Part shown: piece after piece, positions 36,292-45,229 of the stretch
Layout of the letters: each line of letters opens with the position of its first letter
Numbering within the stretch: position 1 is the stretch's first letter
Position numbers and translations under genes: made by a program
From: Terriglobia bacterium
Lineage (GTDB): Bacteria > Acidobacteriota > Polarisedimenticolia > Polarisedimenticolales > JAIQFR01
Length of the DNA: 64,000 nt
Direction of reading: 5' to 3'
NCBI GenBank assembly: GCA_020073205.1
Contig: JAIQFR010000009.1
Span: forward strand, 17,071-81,070
Notes under the pieces: generated by a model
What the model was told of the DNA's origin: nothing
The model's input: the letters and a program-made list of their open reading frames with translations, nothing else
The model's database searches: none

Positions 36292-37563
36292 TTGCCGCCG
36301 CCGGCGCCTCGCGCTAGATTCGCGGCGGAGCGGGGGTTCGCGTTGGACGTCTTCCTCGCCAGGCAGCCGATCTTCGATCGCGAGCAGAACGTGTTCGCCT
36401 ACGAGCTCCTGTTCCGGTCGGGCCTCGACAACGCCTGCCGGACCGACGACCTCGACGCCGCCGCGTCGAAGGTGATCTCGGACAGCGTGCACCTCCTCGG
36501 ACTCGAGACGATCACCGGCGGGAAGAAGGCGTTCGTGAACGTCACGCGGGAGGTGCTGATGAAGGAGCACGCCGCGCTCCTCCCGCCGGCCCACACCGTC
36601 GTGGAGCTCCTCGAGACCGTCGCCCCCGAGCCCGATGTCCTCGCGGCTTGCGGCCGGCTCAAGAGCGAGGGATACCTCCTCGCCCTCGACGACTTCGTGG
36701 ACCGGCCGGAATACGAGGCGCTCGTCGCGCTCGCCGACTTCGTCAAGGTGGACGTCCTGGCGACGGGGGGCGACGAGCGGGCGGCGATCGTCCGGCGGAT
36801 GGCCCCGCGAGGGATCAGGATGCTCGCGGAAAAGGTCGAGACCCGAGAGATGTTCGAAGAGGCCGTTCGAGCCGGCTACTCCCACTTCCAGGGGTACTTC
36901 TTCGCCCGCCCGGCGATTCTCGCCACCAAGGACATCCCCGGATACAAGCTCCACCTGTTCGGCATCCTGCAGGAGGTCAACCGGGTGGACCTGGATTTTC
37001 CACGGATCGAGCGGATCCTGAAACAGGACGCCGGGCTCTGCTACAAGTTCCTGCGGTACATCAACTCCGCCTGGTTCGGCTGGCGCCAGCGGATCGGCTC
37101 GATCAAGAGAGCGCTGGTGCTACTCGGGGAGAGCGAGGTCCGGCGCTGGGTCACGGTGATCGTCCTCACCGGGATGGCGGAGGACAAGCCGCACGAGCTC
37201 CTGGTCCACGCGGCGACGCGAGCGCGCTTCTGCGAGTTACTGGCTCCTCTGGCGGGGCTGGCGCGTCGATCCGAGGAGCTGTTTCTCGTCGGGATGCTCT
37301 CGCTCATCGACGCGGTGCTCGACCGGCCGCTCCGGTCCCTCCTCAAGGACCTGCCGATCTCGGCCGACTCGATCGCGGCGCTCCTCGGCGAGCCGAGCCC
37401 GATCGGGGCCGTGTTCTCCTGCGCGCTCGCCTACGAGCGGGGGGACTGGGAGGAATTCGCCGTTCGGGCCGAGGCGGCGGGCATCCCCGAGCTCCGCTGC
37501 CCGGACCTCTACCTCGAGGCGCTCCGGTGGGGAGGACGCTGCTTCGAGGTCGAGGCGGCGTGA
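36292..37563 (+). CDS. EAL-domain plus HDOD-domain signalling protein
   Basis: The N-terminal domain is EAL-like (FLARQPIFDREQNVFAYELLFRSG...ALDDF..DFVKVD). The C-terminal domain is HDOD-like (LLGESEVRRWVTVIVL..). The exact start is uncertain. Confidence 0.75.
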   Translation: MPPPAPRARFAAERGFALDVFLARQPIFDREQNVFAYELLFRSGLDNACRTDDLDAAASKVISDSVHLLGLETITGGKKAFVNVTREVLMKEHAALLPPAHTVVELLETVAPEPDVLAACGRLKSEGYLLALDDFVDRPEYEALVALADFVKVDVLATGGDERAAIVRRMAPRGIRMLAEKVETREMFEEAVRAGYSHFQGYFFARPAILATKDIPGYKLHLFGILQEVNRVDLDFPRIERILKQDAGLCYKFLRYINSAWFGWRQRIGSIKRALVLLGESEVRRWVTVIVLTGMAEDKPHELLVHAATRARFCELLAPLAGLARRSEELFLVGMLSLIDAVLDRPLRSLLKDLPISADSIAALLGEPSPIGAVFSCALAYERGDWEEFAVRAEAAGIPELRCPDLYLEALRWGGRCFEVEAA

Positions 37564-37570
37564 GGGCCGC

Positions 37571-38485
37571 CTATCCCTTGTAGATCTCCATGATCGCGTG
37601 GAGCAGCTTGACCGCGTCGTCCTTCGGGCGCTGGAACGAGTTGCGGCCCATGATCGAGCCGAAGCCTCCGCCGTCGCGGATCGCCCTCGCCTGCTCCAGG
37701 AGCTCCGCGTCCCCGGTCTTGGCGCCGCCCGAGAAGATCAGGATCCGCCTACCGCCGAACGCGGCCTCGACGACGTGCCGGACCCTCTCGGTGAGCGTGC
37801 CGATCGGGACCTTCTCCTTCTCGTAGACCTTGCGCGCCGCGTCCTGCTCGACGTAACCCGTCGGGAGCTTCACCTTGATGACGTGGGCGCCGAGCTGCGC
37901 CGCGATCTGCGCCGCGTACGCCGCGACGTCAATGGCGGTCTCCCCCTCCTTCGAGAGGCTCGTGCCGCGCGGGTACGACCAGATCACCACCGCGAGCCCG
38001 GCCGCCTTGGCCTCCTCGGCGAGGTCGCGGATCTGCTCGTACATCTCGCCGGCGAAGTTCGAGCCGGGATAGATCGTGTAGCCGATGGCCGACGCGCCGA
38101 GCCGGAGCGCGTCGCCGACGCTTCCGGTCTGCACCGATATCGGGTCCTTGTCGGACAGCAGAGTCTCGTGGCTGTTGAGCTTCAGGATCAGCGGGACTTC
38201 GCCGGCATAAGAGGACGCGCCGGATTCGATGAATCCCAGCGGCGCCGCGTACGCGTTGCAGCCCGCGTCGATCGCCAGCTGGAAGTGATAGTGCGGGTCG
38301 TAGCCGGGGGGATTCGGCGCGAACGACCGCGCCGGACCGTGCTCGAAGCCCTGGTCGACCGGCAGGATCACCATCCTCCCGGTACCCGCCAGGGTTCCGT
38401 GGTTGAGCATGCGGGCGAGGTTCGCCTTCACGCCCGGGTTGTCGCTCTCGTACCAGGACAGGATCTCTCGAACGCGTGGGGTCAT
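37571..38485 (-). CDS. Class I fructose-bisphosphate aldolase (FbaB/DhnA type)
   Basis: GRMVILPVDQGFEHGP, KLNSHE and HVIKVKLP. It is 304 aa. Confidence 0.85.
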   Translation of the reverse strand: MTPRVREILSWYESDNPGVKANLARMLNHGTLAGTGRMVILPVDQGFEHGPARSFAPNPPGYDPHYHFQLAIDAGCNAYAAPLGFIESGASSYAGEVPLILKLNSHETLLSDKDPISVQTGSVGDALRLGASAIGYTIYPGSNFAGEMYEQIRDLAEEAKAAGLAVVIWSYPRGTSLSKEGETAIDVAAYAAQIAAQLGAHVIKVKLPTGYVEQDAARKVYEKEKVPIGTLTERVRHVVEAAFGGRRILIFSGGAKTGDAELLEQARAIRDGGGFGSIMGRNSFQRPKDDAVKLLHAIMEIYKG

Positions 38486-38586
38486 GATTCGTCCTCTCGA
38501 TAGGGAAGAACTGCGTCCTCCGGGCGTCTATGCTGACCGAAGCGGGGAGTCATTTCAAGCCGGAGCCTCCCGACCGGCCTGGGCGG

Positions 38587-38592
38587 TACAAT
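38587..38592 (+). promoter_or_regulatory. Candidate -10 hexamer TACAAT upstream of the ICMT-family gene
   Basis: ggTACAATcg at 38585-38594, with RBS AAAGGGGA and ATG at 38615 downstream. Confidence 0.4.
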
Positions 38593-38614
38593 CGTGCAAG
38601 AAAAGGGGACAACG

Positions 38615-39184
38615 ATGATGCTCTACTTCACGCTGTGGGCCGTCGTCGCGCTCTTCCCGGCCTCGGAGATCGTGCTCGCCGTCGTCAAGCGCGCGAATCC
38701 GAGCCTCGCCGACGTCCAGGATCGGGGCTCGATGCGCCTTCTCTGGGCGGCCATCTCCCTGGGCGTGGCCCTGGCCATCGTGACTCGAGGCGTTCCCGAG
38801 GCGCGCCTGCCCGGCTCGCCGGGACTTCTTGGCGTGATCGCCTTGGTTCTCATGGTCCTCGGGCTCGGCATCCGCTGGACGGCCATTATCACGCTCGGGC
38901 GCCTGTTCACCGTGGACGTGGCGATCCAGCGCGAGCACACCGTCGTCGAGACCGGGCTCTACCACTACGTACGCCACCCCTCGTATGCGGGTCTGCTGAT
39001 CGCCTTCGTCGGGCTCGGCGTCTCTTTCGGCAACTGGCTCGGCATGCTGCTTCTGCTCCTCCCCATCACACTGGCCGTGGGTAACCGCATCTTGAAGGAG
39101 GAGAGGGCGCTCACCGCATCGCTCGGAGCCGCTTACGCGTCCTACTGCGCCCGAACCAAGCGGCTCGTCCCCGGCGTGTTCTGA
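38615..39184 (+). CDS. Isoprenylcysteine carboxyl methyltransferase (ICMT/PEMT) family membrane methyltransferase
   Basis: TGLYHYVRHPSYAGLLIAFVGLG..EERAL. The start at 38615 (MMLYFTLW) is placed after the candidate -10. Confidence 0.8.
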   Translation: MMLYFTLWAVVALFPASEIVLAVVKRANPSLADVQDRGSMRLLWAAISLGVALAIVTRGVPEARLPGSPGLLGVIALVLMVLGLGIRWTAIITLGRLFTVDVAIQREHTVVETGLYHYVRHPSYAGLLIAFVGLGVSFGNWLGMLLLLLPITLAVGNRILKEERALTASLGAAYASYCARTKRLVPGVF

Positions 39185-39322
39185 TCCCCCCGCTCCGATC
39201 ACGCATCGAGCCCGTCGTGCCATCCCTCACCCGATGACGACGTCGAGCTCCTCACGCGAGCCCGAGCAGATCCGTGTCGAGGAGGAGCAACGGGGGTGTG
39301 CCGAGTCCGGATGGAGCCGGGG

Positions 39323-39331
39323 TGATATAAT
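39323..39331 (+). promoter_or_regulatory. Extended -10 element TGaTATAAT upstream of the FAD oxidoreductase gene
   Basis: tgatataat at 39323-39331 lies inside the most AT-rich patch of the window (ggtgatataatggatattttttagg). RBS GGGAGGAG and ATG at 39398 follow. Confidence 0.55.
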
Positions 39332-39397
39332 GGATATTTTTTAGGCGATATTCGGGAAGAGCATCTCGCACTTGCCGGTCGCCGAAGGGAGGAGCGC

Positions 39398-40819
39398 ATG
39401 TCCGCTGTCGAAATCATGACCCTCGAGCGCACGGCGACGTCTCTGGACGCGGCCGCCGTCGATTCGCTGCGTGGATCGTTGCGTGGCCAGCTCGTGCTGA
39501 AAGGAGACCCCGGCTACGACGAGGCGCGCGCGATCTGGAACGCCATGATCGACCACCGCCCTGCGCTCATCGTTCGTTGCCGCGGGACCTCGGACGTCAT
39601 GCGCGCCGTCAAATTCGCCGCCGATCGTTCCCTGCTGCTGTCCGTCCGAGGGGGCGGGCACAACATCGCGGGCAGCGCGATCTGCGAGGGCGGGATGGTC
39701 GTCGATCTCTCGCTCATGAGGTCGGTACGGGTGGACGCGAAGGCCCGCCGCGCCTGGGTCGAAGGAGGCGCAACCCTGGCCGACTTCGACCACGAGGCGC
39801 AGGCCTTCGGGCTGGCCACGCCGCTCGGTATCAACTCGACGACGGGCGTCGCGGGACTCACCCTCGGCGGTGGGTTCGGTTGGTTCTCGCGCAAGGCCGG
39901 CATGACCTGCGACAACCTCCTCTCCGTCGACATCGTCACCGCCGACGGCGGTCTCCTTCGCGCGAGCGCCGGCGAGAACCCCGACCTCTTCTGGGCGCTG
40001 TGCGGAGGCAGCGGCAACTTCGGTGTCGTGACCGGCTTCGAGTTCCAGCTCCACCCGCTCGGGCCTCAGGTGTACTCGGGCCTGGTCGTGTACCCGATCG
40101 ACCAAGCGAAGAAGGTGCTCACCGCCTACCGCGAGTGGCTGCCGAGCCTGCCTGACGAGGCGACCGTGTGGGTGGTGGCGCGCAAGGCGCCCCCGCTGCC
40201 GTTCCTGCCCCCCGCCGTGCATGGCAGGGAGATCGTCGCGTTCGCCGTCTTCTACGCCGGTGATCCGGCCAAGGGCGAGAAGATCCTGTCGAAGGCCCAA
40301 TCCCTGGGGACACCGGTCGGGGCCCACCTCGGCGCCCAGCCTTACACGTCGTGGCAGCAGGCGTTCGATCCCCTGCTCACGCCGGGCGCCCGCAACTACT
40401 GGAAGTCGCACAACTTCGCCTCCCTCGCCGACGGCGCGATCGACGCCCTGATCGACTCGGTGCACCGCCTGCCGTCGCCCCACTGCGAGATCTTCTTCGG
40501 GTGCATCGGGGGGCAGACGATGCGGGTCAAGCCGGACGCCACGGCGTACCCGCACCGGGATACGCTGTTTGCCGTGAACGTTCATGGCCGCTGGGAAACG
40601 GCGGAAGAGGACGGCAAGGGGATCGCCTGGGCGCGCGACTTCTTCGAGAAGACGAAGCCGTTCGCGACGGGGGGCGTCTACGTGAACTTCATGACCGCGG
40701 ACGAGACGGCGCGCGTGCACTCGGCGTACGGGACCAATTACGAGCGGCTGGCGACGATCAAGAGGAAGTACGATCCCCGCAACCTGTTCCGCACGAACCA
40801 GAATATCGCGCCGGCGTAG
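39398..40819 (+). CDS. FAD-linked oxidase (FAD_binding_4 plus BBE-like C-terminus)
   Basis: RGGGHNIAGSA, GLTLGGGFGWFSRKAGMTCDNLL and DLFWALCGGSGNFGVVT, with C-terminal NYERLATIKRKYDPRNLFR. Confidence 0.9.
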   Translation: MSAVEIMTLERTATSLDAAAVDSLRGSLRGQLVLKGDPGYDEARAIWNAMIDHRPALIVRCRGTSDVMRAVKFAADRSLLLSVRGGGHNIAGSAICEGGMVVDLSLMRSVRVDAKARRAWVEGGATLADFDHEAQAFGLATPLGINSTTGVAGLTLGGGFGWFSRKAGMTCDNLLSVDIVTADGGLLRASAGENPDLFWALCGGSGNFGVVTGFEFQLHPLGPQVYSGLVVYPIDQAKKVLTAYREWLPSLPDEATVWVVARKAPPLPFLPPAVHGREIVAFAVFYAGDPAKGEKILSKAQSLGTPVGAHLGAQPYTSWQQAFDPLLTPGARNYWKSHNFASLADGAIDALIDSVHRLPSPHCEIFFGCIGGQTMRVKPDATAYPHRDTLFAVNVHGRWETAEEDGKGIAWARDFFEKTKPFATGGVYVNFMTADETARVHSAYGTNYERLATIKRKYDPRNLFRTNQNIAPA

Positions 40820-40955
40820 TCTTCGAAGCCAGGACCGTCGTGATCGGCGCCCTCGCGCGGCACGACCTCATCGTCGTGTGAGGGCTGCGATCGCGCCGGA
40901 TTGACGATCCCGGCGAAGCGGAGGAGCGGGGAGAAAGGTAGGACGAACCTAGCGG

Positions 40956-41245
40956 ATGCTCGCCAAGACGAGGAACGTCGGTCTGCTGCTGATCGCCGAG
41001 CTCCTCGCGATGGGACTCTGGTTCTCGGCCTCGGCGGTTGTCCCGCAGCTGACGCGGCAGTGGCGGCTCGACGGCGGCCAGCAGTCGTGGCTGACGATGA
41101 GCGTCCAGACGGGATTCGTGGCGGGCGCGCTGGTGAGCGCGTGGCTCAACCTGTCGGACCGCATCGAGGCGAACCGACTGCACGCCGCGAGCGCGTTTCT
41201 CGGCGCGGTCGCGAACGCCGGGATCGCGGCTGGCGGTGGTTTCCG
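40956..41245 (+). pseudogene. N-terminal fragment (about 95 aa) of an MFS-type transporter
   Basis: GLLLIAELLAMGLWFSASAVVPQL..SWLTMSVQTGFVAGALVSAWLNLSDR..AFLGAVANAGIA looks like the first three TM helices of an MFS transporter. After about 41245 the frame reads hydrophilic nonsense to the stop at 41447. Confidence 0.45.
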
Positions 41246-41476
41246 CGAGGCCTCCCGGATGCATCGCGGATGGCCTCGGACAGGAAGTAGATCCTACGCC
41301 GCCGCCGAGGCCGGTAAGGCCATCCTCCACCGGTCGCGTCAGGACGACCTGGCGATCATGAACCGAACGCCGGAGATTCGCGCCTCTTCGTTCAGTCGGA
41401 CGGGTAGACTCGTGCATGGAACGGAAGCGTCGCGACCACGTGGATGACCTTGGTTCCCTCGGGCCGCGTGGTCGCC

Positions 41477-41857
41477 CTAAAGCCCGACGCTGGCCTGATT
41501 CTTGGCGACCGGGCGGCCTTGACTGAGCAGCTTCGCCTCGAACTCTGCCTTGTGACCGTCGGCGCTCACGACGGCCGACGCCGTGAGATCGAAACCTTCG
41601 CCCTTCGCCGTCACTTCAGCTCGTTCGCCCCACCTGGACAACAGCATCGGCTGCGTGATGATCATGCCGGTATCCAGATCGCGAACCTCCAGCGTGCACC
41701 TGAACGCCTTCTCGGATCCCGGTTCTTGCGTGATGGACCAGTCGAATCCATAGTGCGTGGGTTGATGGCCCGGTACTTTCGCCGCGGTCGCACCGACGAC
41801 CGCGAGGGCGACGAGACCGAGGAACCCGATCGACGTCAACGTCTTGATCGTTCGCAT
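41477..41857 (-). CDS. Hypothetical small secreted protein
   Basis: It has a signal peptide (MRTIKTLTSIGFLGLVALAVVGATAA). It is 126 aa with visibly lower GC than its neighbours, and I recognise no family. Confidence 0.55.
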   Translation of the reverse strand: MRTIKTLTSIGFLGLVALAVVGATAAKVPGHQPTHYGFDWSITQEPGSEKAFRCTLEVRDLDTGMIITQPMLLSRWGERAEVTAKGEGFDLTASAVVSADGHKAEFEAKLLSQGRPVAKNQASVGL

Positions 41858-42086
41858 GCTACCTCCTCATGCCCTCAACTTGGCCTTTCGCGGATGTGAA
41901 GTCAAACACCACGTCTCGATAGGACGACCCACGGTCTGGGTGATCGTGCCCATTCTGGCGGGTCGTGCTTTGGCTCGTATGCCGGCACCGTCCAATCAGC
42001 CGCCGAACCGCTCGCATCGAAGTCGCGTTCGTCGGACCCAAGTGGTAGACTCCGCCGGTAGTTGCAGCGGCCCGCCGTTCCGGAGA

Positions 42087-42421
42087 ATGTGCGGTGGGCC
42101 GAGGTCACGAGTGACCGTCGCGCAGCCGGAAGAGGTCATCGCCAGGCTTCAAGGACAAGAAGCGTCTCTCCGGTCGTTCGGCGTCCATCGGCTCGGACTC
42201 TTCGGCTCGTTCCGGCGTGGGGAGGCTCACGCCGAGAGCGATGTCGACCTCATCGTGGAGTTAAGGCCGGGCAAGAGAACTTCGACAGTTTCATGAACCT
42301 CGGGTTCTTCCTGGAATCCCTCCTCGGCAGACGCGTGGAATTCGTCACACCTGAGTCTCTGAGCCCCCACATCGGCCCCCGCATTCTTCGCGAGGTTCAG
42401 TATGTCGCCCTCCGGGGTTGA
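42087..42421 (+). pseudogene. MNT-type nucleotidyltransferase antitoxin, frameshifted
   Basis: Frame 1 reads LGLFGSFRRGEAHAESDVDLIVELRPGKR, then stops. Frame 2 continues NFDSFMNLGFFLESLLGRRVEFVTPESL. A 1-nt loss near 42274-42281 (aagagaacttcgac) would join the two. Confidence 0.7.
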
Positions 42422-42464
42422 GTACCCTCGCCACATCCTGGACGTAAGTCGAAGTCCCGCGTAG
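42402..42464 (+). pseudogene. 20-codon stub of a HEPN/DUF86-type toxin gene
   Basis: ATG at 42402 overlaps the MNT 3' end and reads MSPSGVEYPRHILDVSRSPA*. YxxHILD is the typical DUF86 N-terminal motif. The rest of the gene is absent and the leuS stop follows at 42486. Confidence 0.4.
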
Positions 42465-42485
42465 CCTGAGTCTCGACGCCCGCGG

Positions 42486-45077
42486 TCACCTCACCACGAA
42501 GTTGACGAGCCGCCCCGGCACCACGATCGCCTTGACGATCGTCTTCCCCTCGAGCCACTTCTCGACGGCGCCGCGCGCGAGGAACTTCAGGTCGTCCTCC
42601 CCCGCCCCGCGCCGCGCCACGACCTTGCCGCGCACCTTGCCGAGCACTTGGACCACCAGCTCGAACGTCTCGTCCTCGAGGTAGGCGGGATCGGGCAGGG
42701 GCCAATCGGCTCGGGCGATCGACTCGGCGTGGCCCAAGCGGCGCCACAGCTCCTCGGCGACGTGCGGCGCGAACGGGGAGAGCGCCCGCACGAAGCGCTC
42801 GGCCTGGCTCCGGGTCAAGGCGCCCGGTCGTTCCGAGGCGTCGTTCACGAACGTCATCATCCCGGCGACGGCGGTGTTGAAGTTGAACTCGACGAACGAC
42901 TCGTCCACGCGCTTCAGCATGCGGTTGAGCGAACGCTCCAGCTCGAGCGCGGGCCCCTCGAGCGGCCCGTCCGGCGAGCGCAGGCCCGGCCGAATCGGAT
43001 CGGTGCTCTCCGGGTCCACCAGGAGCCTCCACGACCGGTCGAGGAACCTGCGGCAGCCGAGGATCCCGCGGGAGCTCCAGGAACGCTGATCGGCCAGCGG
43101 CGCCATGAACATCTCGTAGAGCCGGAACGCGTCGGTGCCGTTCTCCGCGATCACGTCGTCCGGGTTGACGACGTTGCGCAGCGACTTCGACATGGTCGCG
43201 ACGATCTGCCGGACCTCCTGCCCCGTGGACCGGCGGACGAACTTCCCCTCCACCTCGTCCACCTCGTCCACGGGAACGAGCCGGTCGGTGGCGTCCATGT
43301 AGGCCGGCGCCACGAGGAGCCCCTGGTTGAACAGCCGCTTGAAGGGCTCGGGGGTCGAGACGACGCCGAGGTCGTAGAGGACCTTGTGCCAGAACCGGGC
43401 GTAGAGGAGGTGCAGCACCGCGTGGGTCACGCCGCCGATGTAGAGGTCCACCGGCCCCCAATATTTCTCCGCCTCGGGTGCGAACGGGGCCGCGTCGTTC
43501 CCGGGGTCCATGAACCTGAGCCAGTACCAGCAGGAGCCCGCCCAGCCGGGCATGGTGTCGGTGTCGCGGCGCGCCGGCCGACCGGACGCGGGGTCCGTGG
43601 TCAGAAGCCACTCCCTCGCCCTCGCGAGCGGCGGCGAGCCGTCCGCCGAGGGGGTGAAGTCGGTCATCTCGGGCAGCTCCACCGGCAGCCGGTCGTCCGG
43701 CACCCGCACCACCGTGCCGTCCTCGAGGTGGAGCAGGGGAAAGGGCTCCCCCCAGTAGCGCTGGCGGCTGAACAGCCAGTCCCGGAGCCGGTACTGGGTC
43801 CTCGGGCTCCCGGCTCGCCGCTCCTCGAGGACGCGGATCGTCTCCGCCTTCGCCTCCGGGGTGGGGAGGCCTTCGATCGGGCCGGAGTTCACCGCGGTCC
43901 CGTCGCCCGTGAAGCAGACCCCGTCGGCGAGTCCCGGCGTCCCCGCCGGCGGGCGGACCACCTCCACGATCGGAAGGCCGTGCTCGGTGGCGAACTCGAA
44001 GTCCCGCTGATCGTGTCCCGGGACCGCCATGATCGCTCCGGTGCCGTAGCTGATCAGGACGTAGTCCGCGACGAACACCGGGATCTTCGCCCGCGGGTCG
44101 GCGGGGTCGAGCAGCGGGTTCAGCGCGTATCCCCCGGTGAACACGCCGGTCTTCTCCTTGGCGAGGTCGGTGCGCTCCAGGTCGGACTTCGACGCGGCCG
44201 CCGCGACGTACGCTTCCACCTCCGCGCGGCGGTCGTCGGTCGCGATCCGCGGGAGCAAGGGGTGCTCCGGCGCGACCGCCATGAACGTCGCGCCGAACAG
44301 CGTGTCGGGGCGCGTCGTGAACACGGTGAGGGCCTGGCCCGACGCTCCCGCCAGGGGGAACACGATGTCGGCGCCCCGCGACCGCCCGATCCACTCCCGC
44401 TGCATCGCCTTGACCGACTCGGGCCACTCGAGGAGGTCGAGATCATCGACGAGCCGGTCGGCGTACGCCGTGATCCGGAACATCCACTGCTTGAGCGGAC
44501 GCCTGACGCAGGGGTAGTTCCCGCGCTCTGAGCGGCCGTTGATCACCTCTTCGTTGGCGAGGACGGTCTTCAGCTCCTCGCACCACCAGACGGGGACGTC
44601 GGCCCGGTAAACGAGCCCCTGGTCGAAAAGGCGCGTGAAGATCCACTGGGTCCACCGGTAGTAGGCCGGATCGCTGGTGTTGACCTCGCGGTCCCAGTCG
44701 TAGGAGAGTCCGATGAGCCGGAGCTGGCGGCGGAAATTCGCCACGTTCGCCCTGGTGGTCTCCTTCGGGTGCTTGCCGGTCTGGATCGCGTATTGCTCCG
44801 CCGGAAGACCGAAGGCGTCCCAGCCCATCGGGTGGAGGACGTTGCACCCCTCCATCCGCTTCCGGCGCGCGACGATGTCGCTGCCGATGTAGCCGATCGG
44901 GTGACCGACGTGCAGCCCCGCCCCGGAGGGGTACGGGAACATGTCGAGCACGTAGTGCTTCGGCCGCGAGGGATCGAAGCCGGCCTGCCCCGGGTTCGGG
45001 ACCGCGAAGGTGCGGTGCTCGAGCCAGTGAGCCTGCCAGCGGGGCTCGATCTCGCGTGGGTCGTAGACGTTCGACAC
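42486..45077 (-). CDS. leuS: Leucyl-tRNA synthetase
   Basis: YDPREIEPRWQAHW, PYPSGAGLHVGHPIGY (HIGH region) and VATMSKSLRNVV (KMSKS region). GTG at 45077 has GAGGAG 6 nt upstream. The ATG at 45119 lies inside a predicted -10 element. Confidence 0.95.
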   Translation of the reverse strand: MSNVYDPREIEPRWQAHWLEHRTFAVPNPGQAGFDPSRPKHYVLDMFPYPSGAGLHVGHPIGYIGSDIVARRKRMEGCNVLHPMGWDAFGLPAEQYAIQTGKHPKETTRANVANFRRQLRLIGLSYDWDREVNTSDPAYYRWTQWIFTRLFDQGLVYRADVPVWWCEELKTVLANEEVINGRSERGNYPCVRRPLKQWMFRITAYADRLVDDLDLLEWPESVKAMQREWIGRSRGADIVFPLAGASGQALTVFTTRPDTLFGATFMAVAPEHPLLPRIATDDRRAEVEAYVAAAASKSDLERTDLAKEKTGVFTGGYALNPLLDPADPRAKIPVFVADYVLISYGTGAIMAVPGHDQRDFEFATEHGLPIVEVVRPPAGTPGLADGVCFTGDGTAVNSGPIEGLPTPEAKAETIRVLEERRAGSPRTQYRLRDWLFSRQRYWGEPFPLLHLEDGTVVRVPDDRLPVELPEMTDFTPSADGSPPLARAREWLLTTDPASGRPARRDTDTMPGWAGSCWYWLRFMDPGNDAAPFAPEAEKYWGPVDLYIGGVTHAVLHLLYARFWHKVLYDLGVVSTPEPFKRLFNQGLLVAPAYMDATDRLVPVDEVDEVEGKFVRRSTGQEVRQIVATMSKSLRNVVNPDDVIAENGTDAFRLYEMFMAPLADQRSWSSRGILGCRRFLDRSWRLLVDPESTDPIRPGLRSPDGPLEGPALELERSLNRMLKRVDESFVEFNFNTAVAGMMTFVNDASERPGALTRSQAERFVRALSPFAPHVAEELWRRLGHAESIARADWPLPDPAYLEDETFELVVQVLGKVRGKVVARRGAGEDDLKFLARGAVEKWLEGKTIVKAIVVPGRLVNFVVR

Positions 45078-45117
45078 GGGGAACTCCTCGCTCTGGGCCG
45101 CCCGCGCGGGAGGCGGC

Positions 45118-45126
45118 ATTGTAGCA
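45118..45126 (-). promoter_or_regulatory. Extended -10 element TGcTACAAT (minus strand) for leuS
   Basis: Plus-strand attgtagca at 45118-45126 reads TGCTACAAT on the minus strand. It is about 40 nt upstream of GTG 45077. The same GCTACAATGCC 11-mer recurs upstream of pepF. Confidence 0.45.
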
Positions 45127-45229
45127 AGACGGATCGTATCGCCGGGCGGCCCGCCCGCATCTATGTCTTCCCGGGCCGGTTGAACGGCCCAAGGCGCAGT
45201 GCGATGCTGGGGGTCGGGACGAGGTTCGC

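Noticed and set aside
39199-39432. 77-aa minus-strand ORF in the ICMT/FAD-oxidase intergenic region
   Set aside because: It spans the AT-rich promoter patch and overlaps the FAD oxidase start. It has no RBS or recognisable motif, and its composition is unlike the neighbouring genes.
45117-45119. ATG at 45119 (and the track start at 45356) as the leuS initiation codon
   Set aside because: The ATG lies within the TGcTACAAT element and has no RBS. The residues it would add have no LeuRS counterpart. GTG at 45077 with GAGGAG is preferred.
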